Assembly (NCBI GenBank): GCA_050575255.1
Contig: JBNZDD010013678.1
Coordinates: 2,903,461 to 2,967,460 of the forward strand
Reading direction: 5' to 3'
Length of the DNA stretch: 64,000 bases
Source: Harriotta raleighana
Lineage: Eukaryota
Below the pieces are notes generated by a model that was given only the letters and a program-made list of their open reading frames with translations, searched no databases and was not told where the DNA came from. Below, piece by piece: positions 59,101 through 64,000 of the stretch; the first letter of the stretch is position 1; each line of letters opens with the position of its first letter. A program made the position numbers and the translations under genes.

Positions 59101-60769
59101 TACTGTACATTCAGATGCTAAGATTAGGGTCTTTCAAACCCGAGAAATGTAATGAGATCTGTTTCTTGCAATGTATTTTGGATAAGTTGACATAGTTGGA
59201 GCCGAGCCAATTTCGACTCGCAACTGGGTTGTAAAACTTTTCAAAAAATGTTGGCTTAAAATTAAATAAAGCCTGTTTTTATTATGAGCCAAAATTCTTT
59301 GGAACATTTTTCCGGCACAGAAATAAAACAGAAGCCAACCTTACAGAATAAGTTGTGTTTCAAAGGACAGCAAAATCACATTCATTCCTTTAGTGGAGAA
59401 GAATAGATTACAACAAATCGGATTTTGCCAGATGATGGGATTCAATTGACACTTGACACAGGATTCAACTCAACAGTTTACCATTGAAATGTCATTAAAA
59501 TTTTATGTAATTTTACATTAGGGCCTTGGGATGTCCTCCCAACGTGAAAGGCGCTATTCAAATCTAGCTGGGTATTGTATTTTGTTTTCACAAAAGGCAA
59601 GTCTTTTTTAAAGCAGAGTTGATGCTGGATAACCTTATCCAGGGTGGGTTTTCATCAGATAGGGTGAAAAGGGGTGGGTTTTCATCAGACAGTTTCCACT
59701 GTGAACACATGAGGAAAAAACATTTAGATTTCTTTCCTGTGGATCTAACAGACAGAACAGGGAAAGTTGACTGAAATTTAATATGATAAGGTGCATTCCC
59801 TAGACTTTCGGTATTTTCCTAGGTGAGGAATCATGACAGTTTAACAGCGTGTTAAAGGTTCTGTTTTTCACCAGGAATCAAACCAGTGATTGAAAAGGCA
59901 GAAGGCAAAAGCATAATTACATCAAACCCACACTGTTCCTTCCAGTTTATGTAATTTAACCTTTGGCAGATTATGTTATCATATGCTTCAAATTGAACTA
60001 CAGAATTTTGGATTTAAATTTAGAAGAGTATTCTTCTAAAGTTCAAAGCTTATTCCTCATTTGGCTTTGAGACAATTTGCATTTGATGGATATCTAACTT
60101 GTATTACATCTTGCCAAACTCAGTAAGATATACAACCCTTCAGCAAAGATCAGAGTGCACTTTACTCGTTTGTCTTTCCAATGAAAACTACTGCAGTTTT
60201 GTTGTCAGTGTAGAATGGAGGTTGAAACAAAATCCCAACTTAATTTTCATGCTGAATAAATCATCTTTAAATACACAAAAAAAATCAACAGGACAATTCA
60301 CCATACGTGAATATTAGTCCACTTTAACCTCATTCTTTTAAAAAATATAACAGTGCTTTCCTAATGTCCTGTTGCTGTCTCACTTCCTGGCCACTCCCAA
60401 CCTAAAACACAGTTGATTGTAATCCTGACCACAGTGAATATCAGAGACAACGCAAAAAAAAACGTTGATCTCCCCACAGACTCTAGCGAGTTCCATAAAT
60501 GCTTTTATCATTTTTGTGGGTTGGATGCAGCCCAGTGTAATCGCATACCTCAAGGTACGATAAACTCAAAGATGCGTTTTTTTCTTCAGCGGGATTGTAC
60601 AGAAAGTTGGAGGATTTTATCCGGTTGCCATAAGTAGTATTATGATTAGCTGATAGGATGGGAGGTAACTCTGATATAACCCCCCTGAGTGAAACACTCC
60701 AGTCAGTGCTGTTCAGTGACCTTACAAGTAATTCATTCAAGATCTCCTGATAAGGTACTATAGATACAC

Positions 60770-61110
60770 AGGAATCCAGTAGTGTATTGGTTAGAGCACT
60801 TTTCTGGGTTCGATTCTATGGCCTGGTGAAACATTAGACAAGTTTCCTTGCTCCACATGCCTTTGTTTACCTAGCAGTAAGTAGGAACCCGGTTGTTAGT
60901 CAATTGTGGATCACTTTTCCGGGGGTAATAATCCCTTGATAAATGATAATTTGGTCACTCAATCCATGACTGTTTATGGGACACCGCTGTGAGCAATTGG
61001 CTGCCTCATTTCATACACAAATTTACAGTCAATTCACTTGACAGTGTAGCGCTTTGAGACATCTGGAAGATGTGAAAGGAGCTATCAAATGCAAGGATTA
61101 TTATTGTAAT
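60770..61110 (+). mobile_element. Deu-domain SINE, variant subfamily with an extra internal module
   Basis: ggttagagcac..gggttcgattc head, tgtttacctagcagtaagtaggaacccggttgttag module, Deu core and tail. Confidence 0.85.
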
Positions 61111-61582
61111 AATGTTTTTATATACACTCAGTAATATAACACACATTTTGGGCATCCAATTCAGTCTATGTTTAGTCTATTATTTTGCTTATTTCAAGGC
61201 TAATGATCAACCAGAGATGGTAACTTAAAGCGGTGAGCCTGTAGTTTGGTATTGCAAGTAGACTGGTTTCCACTTATGTAACGGGGCTGGTGACATTTTA
61301 ACAGCTAGACACCAAAAACAAAATAACAAAGTACAATTTTTGATTCAGTTGCAGTGTAGACATAAAATAACAAGTGGTTGCAAAACCCTTGTCTGGAAGC
61401 AATGATAGTACTGTACTCTACCTTGTTCTTCCCATGTACCATTCAGCCAGTCAGAAAGAAATAGGTCATGTTGTTCCTTTGTTGAGAAAAAATGCTCTCA
61501 TATTCCACCCATTACTAGCAAAGATTTCACTGATTCTGACCTAAAATAACAGAACAAAAGGACATTTCCACATATACTGTTC

Positions 61583-61858
61583 TGGTTAGAGCATTCGCCT
61601 GGGTTCGATTCAGGGTAGGTCAGGGCGAAATCTTGGGCAAGGTTTCTTATGCCACACGCCTAATAATAATCCCTCTTTAAACAAATTGGTCATTTTCAAT
61701 CCACGACTATTTGTGGAATGCCGTTGTGCGCAATCGGCTGACAAGTTTCATCTGCAAAAGTACAGTCAATTCACTTGACAGCTTAGTCCTGTGAAGCGCT
61801 TTGAGACATCTAGAAGATGTGAAAAACGCTATATCAAATGTAAGGATTATTATTATTA
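61583..61858 (+). mobile_element. tRNA-derived Deu-domain SINE
   Basis: tggttagagcattcgcc..gggttcgattc head through aggattattattatt tail. Confidence 0.88.
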
Positions 61859-62383
61859 ATGGGTGTTTTGGGGGGGGATTGGTAGCCATTCCAATGTGGT
61901 TTTTAAATGAGTATGATGAAATATGGAGATTTCAAACACACACGGTTAGTTAATTCACTTATTGCCACAGGGATGGGTGAAGCTGCTATCTATTCAATTA
62001 AAAGCGCACACACACATAGTACATACACACACACAACTTTTTTTTAATGGCCCAGTACAGTATGTAAGGGGGTAGGTGGAAAGCTGCCAAAAAGCCCTAG
62101 GGGCAGTAATTTCATTTGAACAATTTGGACAAGGTCATCAACTTATAAGAGCAAAGCTCTACTTGTTTGGGAAAAGCAGCAACACTCGTGTGAAGTGTTA
62201 TTGATTTGCATTTTGTGGTGGATTATTTTAATGCAATCAATGGACAGTCTAGAATTAAATGGTCCGAAACCTATCTAAACTCCCAATAAGTGTCTCCTAA
62301 ATACATCCAATTACTGCCACGTTTAATATATATATATATATAAAAAGAGGGCAGAGTGCAACAGAAATTAAACATGTGTATAG

Positions 62384-62710
62384 ATAGCTCAATGGTTAGA
62401 GCACTCGCCTTACAAGCGTGGGACCTGTGTTCGAATCCGGGCAGGTCAGGGCGAAACCTTGGGCAAGTTTTCTTACTCCACATACCTGACAATAATCCCC
62501 CCCAACAACAAATACACAATAATAAAATTGTTCATTTTCAATCCACGGCTGTTTGTGGGGAACGCCGCTGTGCGCAATTGGCTGCCGCGTTTCGCCCACA
62601 AATAGGTAGTCAATTCACTTTGCAGTATACTCTGTGAAGACGGCCAGAAGACGCAAAAAAGCGCTGTCTCAAATGCAAGGATCATTATGATATAATTATT
62701 AATATTATTT
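62384..62710 (+). mobile_element. Near full-length tRNA-derived Deu-domain SINE
   Basis: A box TAGCTCAATGG 62385-62395, B box GTTCGAATCC 62429-62438. Confidence 0.9.
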
Positions 62711-63189
62711 GCAATAATCTCTTATCACAGGAAGGAGATTAGGGTTAACTACACTTTCATATATAGAGACTGGAGTTGAGACTAACGTGCTTTCCTGCAC
62801 GTTGATGCCCCCAACTGGATGTCTTTTGTTCCTTTGACACATTGAAAAAAAGCCGCAAGGCAAAAAACAGCAGAGCAAGTTCCTGGTTTTAATGTTTTTT
62901 TAAAAAAAATACAAAAGTTACAGAGGCTGCAAAATACTCCCTCTGAACATCCCCCACTCTCTGCTCTAGCAAACCAGAAATCAGGGCACAAACACTCCTT
63001 CAGGAACTGACTGAACCAACCCCCTTATTATTACTGGGAGAAAGACTCACAAGAAAGATAGAGGGATAGAGAGAGGTGGGCAGGAGGGAGAGGAAGTGTT
63101 TGCTCTTGGAAAGCAGAAGGATTTGGGTAGAAAACACAGAGCTGCGAGCTTCTGAACAGGTTGTGTTTCTTTATATAACAAAAACCCTG

Positions 63190-63478
63190 ACTGTGTCTCT
63201 CTCTCTCTCTCTGTTTGTCTGTGTGGCTACAATGTGCCAAATGTATCACTCTGACTGTCTGTGTGTGTGTCTCTCTGTATCTGTGTCTATCTGTAACTGA
63301 GTGCGTCTCTCTCTCTCTCTCTTTCTCTGTGTATGTCTCTGTGTCTGTGTGTGTGTGTATGTATGTGTGTGTCTCTCTGGGTGTATGTGTGTCTGTCTGT
63401 GTGTATATCTGTGTGTGTGTCTCTCTGTGAGTGTGTGTCTGTGTGTGTCTGTCTGTCTCTGTGTGTGTGAGTATGTGT
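63190..63478. repeat. Compound (TC)n/(TG)n microsatellite
   Basis: Directly visible dinucleotide runs. Confidence 0.95.
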
Positions 63479-64000
63479 AGCAATTGCATTGAGGATCTTG
63501 AGTTCTGTACTGTGTTTGCTAAGAAAATGGCTGTCAGTCAGTCATTCAGTCACATGTGGCTCTGCTGAATCTGTGCTGTGGTTGCATAATTACTAATGCA
63601 GGAATATTTTGCACTATAGCTCGTCATCATTGTCAGGCTCCGACACGGTTAAGCAATCTCGAGGCGCTATATAAGTGCAAGTTGTTGTTGTAATCGTTTG
63701 GTTTCAGCTCATCTCTCGCCCCATCCCCTCACTGCTCTTCCGCATTGGTTGTGCTGTTGGTAACTCTTGAAGTCAACAACAACAACAACAAGAGCGAAAT
63801 TACACTTGTGTATAGAGTAGCGCCTTTCACATCCAGAGGAAATCCCAAGTCACTGGAGACGGGGCAGCACGTGGCTGGAGAGTAGGACTCAAACAGTTCA
63901 AGGCTTAAAGGCTCTGTGTATTGTCTCTTTGTTTGATCACAATGATACGTACATGATTCTAACACCACAAAGTACAGTATGGTTATCACTATTAGACCTT

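Noticed and set aside
62384-62445. tRNA-Val-like sequences (also 44597, 51690) and a tRNA-Ala-like one (5978)
   Set aside because: They continue directly into the SINE body and lack a proper acceptor stem, so they are SINE heads, not tRNA genes.
63031-63489. 152-aa His/Thr-rich ORF
   Set aside because: Translation of a TG/TC microsatellite.

Overview
This is AT-rich vertebrate genomic DNA. The repeat content (tRNA-head/Deu-domain SINEs with L2-type tails, CR1 and L2 LINE fragments) suggests a cartilaginous fish; a chimaera such as Callorhinchus is an inference, not something the sequence shows. One complete protein-coding gene lies on the minus strand: a neurabin-family PP1 regulatory subunit, most like the third paralog PPP1R9A-like/ppp1r9al. 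I reconstructed it by hand as 18 coding exons from ATG 40891 to TAG 11695. All introns are GT-AG and phase-consistent, giving about 1341 aa including one 51-nt candidate microexon. Domain order is N-terminal actin-binding region, RVKF PP1-docking motif, PDZ, coiled coil, SAMD14-like region and SAM domain. A non-coding first exon and CpG-rich promoter with an NRF1 palindrome sit at about 41.9-42.2 kb, and a long repeat-poor 3'UTR probably runs to about 7.9 kb. The rest is intronic or intergenic DNA with about 25 SINE copies or fragments, L2/CR1 fragments, four TA-flanked Tigger/pogo-like MITEs and one hAT MITE nested in a SINE. The best leads are: (1) a chain of uORFs linked by ATGA stop-start overlaps ending on the main ATG; (2) a CpG-rich intronic element with a candidate 99-nt poison exon plus CRE and NRF1-like motifs; (3) the unsplit spinophilin+SAMD14 architecture; (4) a possible spliced non-coding transcript upstream. 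Six single-N gaps with duplicated flanks are assembly artefacts. I found no prokaryotic-type system and no clearly novel gene family. Family assignments are from recognition only; no searches were run.
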